Shown here one piece after another: positions 18,644 to 26,993 of a stretch of 64,000 bases of DNA. Each line of letters starts with the position of its first letter. Position 1 is the stretch's first letter. The stretch is from Flavobacteriaceae bacterium (GTDB lineage: Bacteria > Bacteroidota > Bacteroidia > Flavobacteriales > Flavobacteriaceae). Location of the stretch: positions 187 to 64,186 of the forward strand of contig JASFYU010000036.1 of assembly GCA_045046905.1 (NCBI GenBank), given 5' to 3'. The translations under genes and the position numbers were made by a program. The notes below the pieces were generated by a model. It ran no database searches. It was not told the DNA's origin and worked only from the letters and a program-made list of their open reading frames with translations.

Positions 18644-19177
18644 TTAATTAACATAATACGGTGAAATCATCATATAAACCACAACCCCGCTTATTGCGAC
18701 ATATAACCAAATAGGAAATGTGATTTTCGCCAATTTTCGATGTGATTCAAATTTTTTCAAATAAGCCCGGGCATAGGTTTTAAGCACTAATGGAATGATA
18801 GCAATAGATAGCACAATATGCGAAATCAAAATGAAAAAATACACATATTTTAGTATACCTTCCCCTCCAAATGTAGTTGACTCGGCCGTCATATGATAGG
18901 CGATATACATTGATAAAAACAGAACGGACAATACAATGCAGCCGGTCATTAAGTTTTGATGCAGTTTTTGTTTTCCATTTTTTATGGCCCACACCGCCAC
19001 AACCAACAAAACTGCAGTAAGCGCATTTGTAGAAGCATATATAGGCGGCAAAAAACCAAGTCTTTCAACATTCGGAATTTTTACCCCGAACAGCATAGCG
19101 ACTACCAATGGCACAATAATAGAAATGACCGTAATCCATCTATTAAATTTCTTTTCCAGTACACTTAGCGCCTCCAT
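18644..19177 (-). CDS. DUF420 (CtaM-like) membrane protein
   Basis: 177 aa with four to five TMs and conserved His residues (LHQNLM, ISHIVLS, ESHRKLAKITFPIWLYV), as in DUF420 proteins. It starts immediately after the SCO1 stop. Confidence 0.75.
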   Translation of the reverse strand: MEALSVLEKKFNRWITVISIIVPLVVAMLFGVKIPNVERLGFLPPIYASTNALTAVLLVVAVWAIKNGKQKLHQNLMTGCIVLSVLFLSMYIAYHMTAESTTFGGEGILKYVYFFILISHIVLSIAIIPLVLKTYARAYLKKFESHRKLAKITFPIWLYVAISGVVVYMMISPYYVN

Positions 19178-19909
19178 TTACTCTTCCAATAATTTTCTGA
19201 TGTCCTGCTTTAAAATACTGATCTGCTCTTTTTCGCCGTGGTCATTCTCCTGTTGCTTTTCAGTAATAGCCCCGCGATAATATATAATAGGGTTACCAAA
19301 ATCATCAACTCTCGAACGTATAAATCCTTTTTTATCGATTAAGGCAAATAGGCCAGAGTGTTCAAAACCGCCAGGTGCATCAGGCATTTCAGACGCAAAA
19401 ATATTAAACCCGATATTGGCCAAATCGAATATTTTTTCTTTATCGCCGGTCATCAAATGCCAGTCCATATCCTCAATACCATGACGTTCTGCATATTGTT
19501 TCAAAACAGTGGGCGTATCATAGTCGGGCGTTATTGAAAAAGAAGCTATTCCGAAATGGTCAAATTGGCTAAACTCCTCCTGCAGGGCCACCAAATTTTT
19601 TGTCATTACGGGGCAGATTGAAGGGCATGAGGTAAAGAAGAACTCGACTACGAACACTTTTCCCTTGTAATCTCTATCGGTAATCAAAAGACTGTCTTGA
19701 TCAATGAACTCAAAAGAGGGGACTCTTCTTTTTTTGCCGTTCAACAACACATAAGCCAACTCCGCTTTATTGTTCTTGACGTTCATTCTATTGGTATCGA
19801 CTACCGATCCCTTTTTGAGGCGGTCAACAATTCTAGGAATAAAGATGATGCCAAAAACAAGGACCACTAACGATACCCATACATATGTATACTTTCCTTT
19901 CATTTTCAA
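19178..19909 (-). CDS. SCO1/SenC copper chaperone (CuA assembly)
   Basis: It has an N-terminal TM anchor, the thioredoxin-fold motif FFFTSCPSICP (CxxxC), and a downstream His (FEHSGLFALID). The track start at 19909 is a TTG; the first ATG is at 19903 (MKGKYTYVW). Confidence 0.9.
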   Translation of the reverse strand: MKMKGKYTYVWVSLVVLVFGIIFIPRIVDRLKKGSVVDTNRMNVKNNKAELAYVLLNGKKRRVPSFEFIDQDSLLITDRDYKGKVFVVEFFFTSCPSICPVMTKNLVALQEEFSQFDHFGIASFSITPDYDTPTVLKQYAERHGIEDMDWHLMTGDKEKIFDLANIGFNIFASEMPDAPGGFEHSGLFALIDKKGFIRSRVDDFGNPIIYYRGAITEKQQENDHGEKEQISILKQDIRKLLEE

Positions 19910-20538
19910 TTCACGCGCCTAGCATTGTTCTTTTTAAGGGCCAACCGATATTCAGCCAAAATAATCATTACATCATCTACCATCTTATTGTTCAAATCGG
20001 ATACCGATCTAGCATTGAACCCATATTTGGTCTCTCCGTCCTCTTCACTGGTCCTTCCCCTTAAATTTCTATCCTTGTCAATAATAAAAACATAGGAAGT
20101 GGCCAAATCTTCATCAAGTGACAAATTGGTTCTTAAGGACTCGAAAAGGTCTTGTATTTGGTTCTCTTGGGCAAACACAAATTTCCAATTTCTGATATCA
20201 GTAAAACTGCCTAGCTCTTTTTTTAGTTCAGCTACCTGTATTTCAGTGCCTTTTGGTACTACCATGACAAACTGAAAATCATGGAATTCATGAAATCGCT
20301 TGTATATTTTCTGATTGAGATTAAAGGCATTGCCTTTGTTATAGTCTATATTTTTACCCAAGAACCCAAGAATGGTTATTTTATCTTGAAGGCTTAGGGT
20401 GTTATCGATTGCGCTTATCTCATTAACTTCCTCGGTAAGCACAGTGAGTCTTCCAAAATTATTGATCCCTGAAGCAAAAAATAGGTAGGCGACAATGGGT
20501 AAAACAAATAGTACTACTAAAACGAAGGTCTTTTTCAT
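19906..20538 (-). CDS. Membrane-anchored SCO1-like thioredoxin-fold protein lacking all cysteines
   Basis: 210 aa with an N-terminal TM. By eye it aligns with the adjacent SCO1, but IDYNKG replaces CPSICP (see findings). Its TGA stop overlaps the TTG or lies 2 nt before the ATG of SCO1. Confidence 0.55.
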   Translation of the reverse strand: MKKTFVLVVLFVLPIVAYLFFASGINNFGRLTVLTEEVNEISAIDNTLSLQDKITILGFLGKNIDYNKGNAFNLNQKIYKRFHEFHDFQFVMVVPKGTEIQVAELKKELGSFTDIRNWKFVFAQENQIQDLFESLRTNLSLDEDLATSYVFIIDKDRNLRGRTSEEDGETKYGFNARSVSDLNNKMVDDVMIILAEYRLALKKNNARRVN

Positions 20539-20809
20539 ACCCGAATTATTACTGTTATCAAGAGAGTTTAAAAACTATAGTTATCAATTACGGCCTGACG
20601 ATGAAATTTATTCTAAAATCGAAATCATTGATTTTTCACAACGAAATAAAAAAAGGGGCTAAGAAGTTTTGTTTCGCCTCTTCACGAGTCTTGCCCGGTG
20701 ATTCAAGTGGCAATTATGCCTTAGGACGATTCATAAACAGATTAGTTTACTTCGTCTGTACTGAAGCCCTATTTTAATTTCTTTAGAACCTCTCTTCTTT
20801 GTCAATACC

Positions 20810-21193
20810 CTAGAAATCCCAGGTTACAAACCCATCCTTAAAGACATTATAAATGTAATCGGCTTCAAAGAGCATTATAAATAGCAAGTATGCCACCAAG
20901 AAAATTGGGGTCCAAACAATCGCCCTTCTCAATGCGCTTTTTTCATCTCTCAAGTGCATGAAATCCCATGCAATATAATAGGCCTTGACCAGAGTAAGGA
21001 TAATGAAAATCCAGTTCAGTAGTTTCATTCCTAAAAAAGTACTTCCGGTAAGTATAGCAGGTTTCGTAATACCAAAACCAACTTCGACCGCGGTTATAAT
21101 GGTTAAGAAAACAAGTACTCCCCATATTTTTTGGGTATTGGACTTGAATTTCACTAATCCCCTGAAAATTTCCAATTTATGTGCGTCTGCCAT
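20810..21193 (-). CDS. Cytochrome c oxidase subunit IV-like small membrane protein
   Basis: 127 aa with three predicted TMs. It lies directly downstream of the subunit III gene. The call rests on size, position and hydrophobicity only. Confidence 0.55.
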   Translation of the reverse strand: MADAHKLEIFRGLVKFKSNTQKIWGVLVFLTIITAVEVGFGITKPAILTGSTFLGMKLLNWIFIILTLVKAYYIAWDFMHLRDEKSALRRAIVWTPIFLVAYLLFIMLFEADYIYNVFKDGFVTWDF

Positions 21194-21245
21194 TATTTAT
21201 ATCGTAATTATTAAAAAATCAACCAGAACCTGAACTCAATTCAGG

Positions 21246-22220
21246 CTATACCAAATAGAAGAAGGTAAATACAAATACCCACACCAAATCTACAAAGTGC
21301 CAGTACAGACCAACTTTCTCGACCATTTCATAGTGTCCGCGACGTTCATATGTTCCTATGATAACATTAAAGAAAATGATAATATTTATCAGTACTCCCG
21401 AGAACACGTGAAAACCGTGAAAACCGGTAATAAAGAAAAAGAAATCTGCAAATAATCTACTGCCGTATTCATTGTGAATTAGATTCGCCCCTTCAACAAC
21501 CTGTGTCGCACCCATAAGCTTCTCAAGACTTTCTTCTCGGGTCAGTATTGTTTTCTCTCCTTCTTCATTAATCATCTCGGTACGTACCAAAATATTGGCA
21601 TTGGCTTTAAAGCCTTCTACCACTTCATTTACTGAATAACTAGGCACAAATGCATCTTCACCATACCAGACGCCATTTTTTCTTTCATGTGCAACCCTAT
21701 CACTGTGAATTGTTTTCGCAAAATCAGATAAAGTGGCTCTTTCACCGGTATCGGCTTTAACGAACTGTAATATTCTACCACCCTTGGTTTCTATTGCACC
21801 ATAGCTCCCATTGATAAAGGTTGCCCATTCCCAAGCTTGGGAACCAACAAATATCGCACCTCCTAGAATGGTTAGGAACATATACCAGATTACGGCCTTC
21901 TTCTTCATATGATGACCCGCATCGACTGCCAACACCATGGTTACCGAGGACATAATCAAAATAAAAGTCATGAAGGCTACATAGTACATGGGAAAATCAC
22001 CATGAAAGAAAGGCACGTGGGTAAAAACCTCATCGGCTATTGGCCAAGTTTCAATGAATTTAAACCTAGAAAAACCGTAAGAGGCTAAAAAGCCTGAAAA
22101 AGTCAAGGCATCCGAGACGAGAAAAAACCACATCATCAATTTACCATAACTCGCATTCAAGGGTCGATTACCGCCTCCCCAAACCTTTTCTTCAGAAGTT
22201 GTTGTTACCGTAGAATCCAT
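21246..22220 (-). CDS. ctaE: Cytochrome c oxidase subunit III with a large hydrophilic insertion
   Basis: 324 aa. Conserved motifs: GSQAWEW ... FFFITGFHGFHVFSG ... LYWHFVDLVWVFVF. Confidence 0.85.
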   Translation of the reverse strand: MDSTVTTTSEEKVWGGGNRPLNASYGKLMMWFFLVSDALTFSGFLASYGFSRFKFIETWPIADEVFTHVPFFHGDFPMYYVAFMTFILIMSSVTMVLAVDAGHHMKKKAVIWYMFLTILGGAIFVGSQAWEWATFINGSYGAIETKGGRILQFVKADTGERATLSDFAKTIHSDRVAHERKNGVWYGEDAFVPSYSVNEVVEGFKANANILVRTEMINEEGEKTILTREESLEKLMGATQVVEGANLIHNEYGSRLFADFFFFITGFHGFHVFSGVLINIIIFFNVIIGTYERRGHYEMVEKVGLYWHFVDLVWVFVFTFFYLV

Positions 22221-22250
22221 ATATAATCTATCGTATTATTAGAAGTTGCA

Positions 22251-22258
22251 CAAATTTA
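22251..22258 (-). promoter_or_regulatory. Candidate -7 promoter box TAAATTTG for the subunit III gene
   Basis: The reverse complement of CAAATTTA is TAAATTTG, an exact TAnnTTTG match. It ends 30 nt upstream of the ATG at 22220. Confidence 0.45.
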
Positions 22259-22501
22259 CATTTTTTTCGACCATACAAAAGCCGAATGGGTATCAAAACC
22301 AATTTTATTATAAGAAATTGTCAAGATTTTATCCTCTAGTTCGATTTTGTCCTTTTTTTTTGTGAAATCTGTGTTATTTTTTCGCCTTACAGCTTAGATC
22401 ATGCCATTCATAAGCTACATGCTGCCAAAAAAATCATCAAAATACATTCAGAAATCAAGGTGATAGATAATGAACTCAAGACGAGCGTAATTTCTAAAAT
22501 A

Positions 22502-23083
22502 CTACTCAACAAACAGCATAAACAAAATCAAATACACCCATAAAAGATCTAAAAAGTGCCAAAAAGTAGCCCCCAATGATATTCCTAACATCTCTTGCGA
22601 AGAATAGCTTCCCTTTATTTGATTGTACAAAACCACCAATAGCGAAATGATCCCTGCAACCACATGGACAATATGCACGGCAGCAATCAAAAACACATAG
22701 GCGAGTTTAATATTACTTGTTGGTCCTGTAAAATAATAGCCTTGAGCCACCATTTGCGAAAAACCGTTAAACTGAAGTATGATAAAAACAACACCCAAGC
22801 CCAAGGTCACCAGCAACCAATTGGTACACTGTTTTGCCCTATCTTCCTTTATTCCCTTTTTCGCTAAGATATAGGTAATACTACTCAACATGATAACAGC
22901 GGCACTTATAAAGAAAGCCGATGGCAGGTTCAGTTCTTTCAACCAATCTTCTCTTGTACTACTAATAATATAGGCACTGGTCCAACCTGCAAAAGCCATT
23001 AACAAGCTAACTATACCAAACCAGAGCATCATTTTTTTGGCTCTGTCATTTTTTTCTTTCTGTGTACCCTGAGTTAAATCCAT
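22502..23083 (-). CDS. Heme-copper oxidase subunit III-family membrane protein (short, five-TM paralog)
   Basis: 193 aa. Motifs QFNGF ... AAVHIVHVVAG ... TFWHFLDLLWVYL resemble the C-terminal half of subunit III. Confidence 0.7.
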   Translation of the reverse strand: MDLTQGTQKEKNDRAKKMMLWFGIVSLLMAFAGWTSAYIISSTREDWLKELNLPSAFFISAAVIMLSSITYILAKKGIKEDRAKQCTNWLLVTLGLGVVFIILQFNGFSQMVAQGYYFTGPTSNIKLAYVFLIAAVHIVHVVAGIISLLVVLYNQIKGSYSSQEMLGISLGATFWHFLDLLWVYLILFMLFVE

Positions 23084-23089
23084 ATACTT

Positions 23090-23989
23090 TTAAATAAATT
23101 TATCAATGACGTAAATTACTTGCATTAAGGTGATGTAGCTTACACTGGCCAGCATCAATTTCTTGGCCGATGCATTATCTCGCTTTTCAAACAAACGAAA
23201 AGCAAATACCAACATTACCGCTCCTATTAAAAGTATAAGGATTGCGGCAGAAATTGACAATTGCAATCTGCCCGTAATTCCAAACGCAGGAACAACCGAA
23301 ACAATCATCATCCAAACGGTGTACATTATAATCTGCACTGCCGTTCCCCTATCTTTCTTTCCTGTAGGCAACATCTTAAACCCTCCCCTTTTATAGTCCT
23401 CATCCAACATCCACCCCAAGGCCCAAAAATGGGGGAATTGCCAAAAAAACTGAATCATGAACAAAGTGCCAGATTCAATACCAAAATCGTTTGTCGCTGC
23501 TACCCACCCCAACATAAAAGGAATGGCTCCAGGAAATGCCCCCACAAAAACCGAAAGTGGAGTTTTGGTTTTTAATGGCGTATAGACACTCGTATATAAA
23601 AATATGGAAATCGCCCCGAACATTGCCGTTTTAGGGTTAAGGACATATAAGGCGACCAAGCCCATAATGGTCAATACAATAGCAATCACAAAGGCCTTAT
23701 TGACCGACATTCTTCCTGAGGGGATCGGACGGTTCTTTGTCCTATTCATCAGGGCATCTAGATCTCTCTCGATAATCTGATTAAAAGCGTTTGACGCACC
23801 AACCATGCAATACCCCCCAAATGCAAGGAGTACAAGCGAGCCCATATCAATTTGATAGGCTCCTAATAAATAACCTGCAATGGAAGAAAAAACCACACTA
23901 ATCGCCAACCTAGCTTTGGTTATCTCTTTAAAATCAGCAAAAATCAAGGGCCATGAGGCACGCTTTACCGTTCCAATTGCAGTCTTCAT
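23090..23989 (-). CDS. cyoE: Protoheme IX farnesyltransferase (heme O synthase)
   Basis: UbiA-family motifs are present: NQIIERDLDALMNRTKNRPIPSG and the polytopic membrane profile. The track start at 24040 is a TTG with a promoter box inside the ORF. The ATG at 23987-23989 (MKTAIG) is preferred. Confidence 0.9.
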   Translation of the reverse strand: MKTAIGTVKRASWPLIFADFKEITKARLAISVVFSSIAGYLLGAYQIDMGSLVLLAFGGYCMVGASNAFNQIIERDLDALMNRTKNRPIPSGRMSVNKAFVIAIVLTIMGLVALYVLNPKTAMFGAISIFLYTSVYTPLKTKTPLSVFVGAFPGAIPFMLGWVAATNDFGIESGTLFMIQFFWQFPHFWALGWMLDEDYKRGGFKMLPTGKKDRGTAVQIIMYTVWMMIVSVVPAFGITGRLQLSISAAILILLIGAVMLVFAFRLFEKRDNASAKKLMLASVSYITLMQVIYVIDKFI

Positions 23990-24009
23990 CAGTTTTTTAA
24001 ATAAGAGTG

Positions 24010-24017
24010 CAAAGATA
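24010..24017 (-). promoter_or_regulatory. Candidate -7 promoter box TATCTTTG for cyoE
   Basis: The reverse complement of CAAAGATA is TATCTTTG (a TAnnTTTG match). It lies about 20 nt upstream of the ATG at 23989. Confidence 0.45.
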
Positions 24018-24060
24018 AACTGCCTATGATTTTTCTGCAACCAATTGACCCTATTTATCT

Positions 24061-24068
24061 TATCTTTG
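24061..24068 (+). promoter_or_regulatory. Candidate -7 promoter box TATCTTTG for the MBL-fold gene
   Basis: Exact TAnnTTTG match on the plus strand, 38 nt before the TTG start at 24106. It is divergent from the cyoE box. Confidence 0.4.
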
Positions 24069-24105
24069 AGAAAAGGCCCTAAAAGCCATTAAAAACAATG
24101 TTATA

Positions 24106-24984
24106 TTGAAAAATAATCGATTTTTTATACTTTTTATAAGCATATGCAGCCTTTTATCGACAGAAGCGCAAAACAAAGATGTGACCATTACTGCAATCAA
24201 GGTCTCCAAGGATGTATATATGCTGACCGGACAGGGTGGAAATATTGGGATTTATGTGGGAGCATCTTCCGTTTTTATGATTGATGACCAATATGCTCAT
24301 TTGAGTAAAAAAATTAAAGAAAAGATTAATGAACTGACCAATAAACCCATCACAGTTTTATTCAACACCCATATGCATGGCGACCATACGGGTGGCAACG
24401 GCAATTTCAATTCGCCAGACATCACTCTGGTCGCACATGACAATGTGAGGAAAAGCCTGCAATCTAGACTAGATGCAAATACAAATTCTGATCAAACCAT
24501 ACTCCCCGAGCTCACCTTTTCAAAGAATATTACTTTTCATGATGGCGAAGAAACCATTATGGCATTTCACGTACACAATGCCCACACCAACGGCGATGCC
24601 ATGGTGTACTTTCTTGAAAACAATGTTTTGCATATGGGAGACACCTATTTTTCAGGACGCTACCCCTATATAGACCTAAAAAACGGAGGCAGTATCGAAG
24701 GTTATATCAACGCAAATAAAAGAGCATTGGTATTGATTGACGCCGAAACTAAAATCATTCCTGGGCACGGAAAGCTATCTAATAAAAAAGAACTGGAGAC
24801 CTATGTAGCCATGCTTGAAGACATAAAACTAAAGGTTCAGAAAGCAATCGACGCCAACAGCTCAATGAAAAAAGTACTAGAAGATTCAAAACTCACAGCA
24901 GATTATGACAAAACCCATGGCAATGGATTCATCAGCCCCAAAAAAATAAGAGAGGCGTTTTATAAAAGCTTAAAAGGAGAGTAA
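24106..24984 (+). CDS. Secreted metallo-beta-lactamase-fold hydrolase
   Basis: 292 aa. It has a signal peptide (FFILFISICSLLSTEAQ) and the HMHGDHTGG (HxHxDH) motif. It starts at a TTG; no in-frame ATG is available before the signal peptide. Confidence 0.85.
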   Translation: MKNNRFFILFISICSLLSTEAQNKDVTITAIKVSKDVYMLTGQGGNIGIYVGASSVFMIDDQYAHLSKKIKEKINELTNKPITVLFNTHMHGDHTGGNGNFNSPDITLVAHDNVRKSLQSRLDANTNSDQTILPELTFSKNITFHDGEETIMAFHVHNAHTNGDAMVYFLENNVLHMGDTYFSGRYPYIDLKNGGSIEGYINANKRALVLIDAETKIIPGHGKLSNKKELETYVAMLEDIKLKVQKAIDANSSMKKVLEDSKLTADYDKTHGNGFISPKKIREAFYKSLKGE

Positions 24985-24986
24985 AA

Positions 24987-25023
24987 AAGAGGCTGTCTAA
25001 AAATTATTTTTAGACAGCCTCTT
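24987..25023. terminator. Bidirectional rho-independent terminator
   Basis: A perfect 17-bp stem, AAGAGGCTGTCTAAAAA with TTTTTAGACAGCCTCTT, and a 3-nt loop. It lies between the convergent MBL-fold and tonB-like genes. Confidence 0.9.
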
Positions 25024-25043
25024 ACCTATGTTTTTTTAAAATT

Positions 25044-25760
25044 TTACTGCAATTTAAAAGTAATCGGAATACTAAATGGTACTCTTACAGCTCTACCTCT
25101 TTGTTTGCCAGGAGTCATTTTCGGCAGTTTACCAATGATTCTTGCTGCTTCTTTCTCCAAGCTTTTATCAGGGCCTCGCATTCTAACATTACCTATACTA
25201 CCGTCTTTTTGGATAACAAACATAATATTCACCCTTCCTTGAACTCCCATTTCCTGTGCAATTTCAGGGTATCTGAAATTTCTGCTGATATGTTTTTGTA
25301 TCCTACTATTGAAACAGGCACGCATAGCAGCGGCGCCTTTGCCCTTTTCACCTTCACAACCCGGAAAAATAGGCACATCCTCAATAACCGCAAAAGGCAC
25401 GTCAACATCTTCAAAAATCTCTTCGACCTCAACATCAGCCACTTCGATAACCTCTTCTTGACTGGTTTCTGTTGATTCGATTATAGTTTCCTCTACCTCT
25501 TCTTCATCTTCTACAATTTCAATGATTTCAGGTGCGGCAGGTGGTGGTGGTGGTGGTGGTGTTTTAATTTGTTCGGTCATCGGAACCTCTTCATCCAAAG
25601 CATCTTCCACATTCATTGATATATCATATTCATTACCCCTATCATAGGTCTTCCACTCAAATGCGCCATACACCAAAAGCATGACTACAGCCAAGCCAAT
25701 TACAAAATAGAGACTACTATTTTTAGTCAAGTCTGCTTTTGGGTTCTTTTTAAGTTCCAT
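25044..25760 (-). CDS. TonB-family energy transducer
   Basis: 238 aa. It has an N-terminal TM, a Pro-rich/acidic linker (PPPPPPPAAPEIIEIVEDEEE), and a C-terminal TonB_C domain (YPEIAQEMGVQGRVNIMFVIQKDGSI). Confidence 0.85.
   Translation of the reverse strand: MELKKNPKADLTKNSSLYFVIGLAVVMLLVYGAFEWKTYDRGNEYDISMNVEDALDEEVPMTEQIKTPPPPPPPAAPEIIEIVEDEEEVEETIIESTETSQEEVIEVADVEVEEIFEDVDVPFAVIEDVPIFPGCEGEKGKGAAAMRACFNSRIQKHISRNFRYPEIAQEMGVQGRVNIMFVIQKDGSIGNVRMRGPDKSLEKEAARIIGKLPKMTPGKQRGRAVRVPFSIPITFKLQ
25540..25561. repeat. Trinucleotide microsatellite (GGT)7 encoding the TonB poly-proline run
   Basis: Read directly: GGTGGTGGTGGTGGTGGTGGTG. Confidence 0.95.
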
Positions 25761-25813
25761 ATTTATTGTGTTTAATGTTCGCTAATTTAACTAATTATTT
25801 GTAAAAACAAATA

Positions 25814-26215
25814 CTATTTCCACTTTAACCCTCTTTTCTTTGAAAATAAGAATCTCATGACCCACGCTCCGACAAGAGCTCCAATACTATTCGAAATCGC
25901 ATCAAAGATATCACCCGCTCTACTCAATGTGAACCTCTGCTGAATAACCTCAATAATTATACCAAAAACAATTACGCCAAAAAGAATACTGCCAAGGGCT
26001 TTTCTCAATTGTATTTCACCTTTGGTGCGTTCACGAAAAAAAAACACTCCCAGTACAAAGGCGACAAAGTAAAACGTAAAATGCACCACTTTGTCTAAAT
26101 GGGGAATTTTAAAGCTAGGCAAATCGACATCGGAGAATGAAAATAAGCTGGCCCATGTTACGAACAGCATCCAGCATATAAATGCAATCGCATACTTATT
26201 TGTTTTAAGCACCAA
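25814..26215 (-). CDS. VanZ-family membrane protein
   Basis: 133 aa with four TMs and the DKVVHFTFY motif. It overlaps the 3' end of gcvH by 11 nt. Confidence 0.7.
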   Translation of the reverse strand: MVLKTNKYAIAFICWMLFVTWASLFSFSDVDLPSFKIPHLDKVVHFTFYFVAFVLGVFFFRERTKGEIQLRKALGSILFGVIVFGIIIEVIQQRFTLSRAGDIFDAISNSIGALVGAWVMRFLFSKKRGLKWK

Positions 26216-26585
26216 TCAATTCTTTATACGCATCGGCACTTAGCAAACCATCAATTTCAGAAGATTTGCTGATTTCTATTTTCACCATCCAACCCTCACC
26301 GTAAGGATCTGAATTAACCTTTTCAGGATCATCTTCCAAAGCTTCATTGAATTCAACAATCTTACCACTCAAGGGTATAAATAAATCAGAAACTGTTTTT
26401 ACCGCCTCGACCGAACCAAAAATCTCATCTTGATCTAGGGTCTCATCCAAGGTCTCGACCTCCACATAAACGATATCGCCCAATTCGCCTTGCGCAAAAT
26501 CAGTTATTCCAACGGTAACTAGGTCACCTTCTATCTTGATCCATTCATGATCCTTAGTATATTTTAATTCTGATGGTATATTCAT
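26205..26585 (-). CDS. gcvH: Glycine cleavage system protein H
   Basis: 126 aa. Motifs: YTKDHEWI ... [17 protein letters not shown] ... lipoyl-lysine motif VEAVKTVSD. Confidence 0.95.
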   Translation of the reverse strand: MNIPSELKYTKDHEWIKIEGDLVTVGITDFAQGELGDIVYVEVETLDETLDQDEIFGSVEAVKTVSDLFIPLSGKIVEFNEALEDDPEKVNSDPYGEGWMVKIEISKSSEIDGLLSADAYKELIGA

Positions 26586-26609
26586 TTCTTTAGGCTTATG
26601 TTAGGATAA

Positions 26610-26617
26610 CAAATGTA
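26610..26617 (-). promoter_or_regulatory. Candidate -7 promoter box TACATTTG for gcvH
   Basis: The reverse complement of CAAATGTA is TACATTTG (a TAnnTTTG match). It lies about 25 nt upstream of the ATG at 26585. Confidence 0.45.
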
Positions 26618-26993
26618 AATGATTCCATAAAAATATTCAAGAAAAGTTCAAGTTTCGAGAAATAAATTCAAATTCAAGAAATAGTTTCTGGTTTCTGGCA
26701 TACGTTCAAAAGGCAAGTGCAAGTGTTGAATTCAAGCAACAGTCCGATCTGCGAACTCCTGAAAGAGAAAGATAGTCATCACGGCCTAGTGGCTGCAATT
26801 TCTCAATAAAACGCTAAATAGCTTATTTTGTCGCTTTACCTATAAACCTGAGCTCAACCTAAAATAATGAATTCACTCTTGCCATCGAAGTTTTAACAAG
26901 GAATATCATAATGAAGTGACACCTGTGCCCTCAGAACTATTCAATAGATTGGCAGCCTAGCGAAACAGCAGGCTTCACTTTGCTAGTGAAAAC

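Noticed and set aside
20601-20777. A 58-codon plus-strand ORF (MKFILKSKSLIFHNEIKKGAKKFCFASSRVLPGDSSGNYALGRF...) in the gap between the subunit IV-like gene and the SCO-like gene. It is also a possible third copy of the REP-like element.
   Set aside because: It lies on the opposite strand to all its neighbours and has no motif or signal. Its sequence partly resembles the right arm of the palindromic repeats (CAGATTA..ACTTC). However, the left arm is too degenerate to call a copy with confidence.
22307-22325. Sigma-70-like TTGACA and TATAAT hexamers on the minus strand in the cox3 intergenic gap.
   Set aside because: The hexamers are separated by only 6 nt instead of about 17. Bacteroidetes primary sigma factors use the -33/-7 (TTTG / TAnnTTTG) architecture, so this is probably a chance match.
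26586-26993. A possible glycine riboswitch upstream of gcvH.
   Set aside because: I read the minus strand for the conserved GGAGAG...CTCTGGAGAG...ACCGAAGGGGCAA cores and found none. A TAnnTTTG box sits only about 25 nt from the ATG, which leaves no room for an aptamer in the leader.
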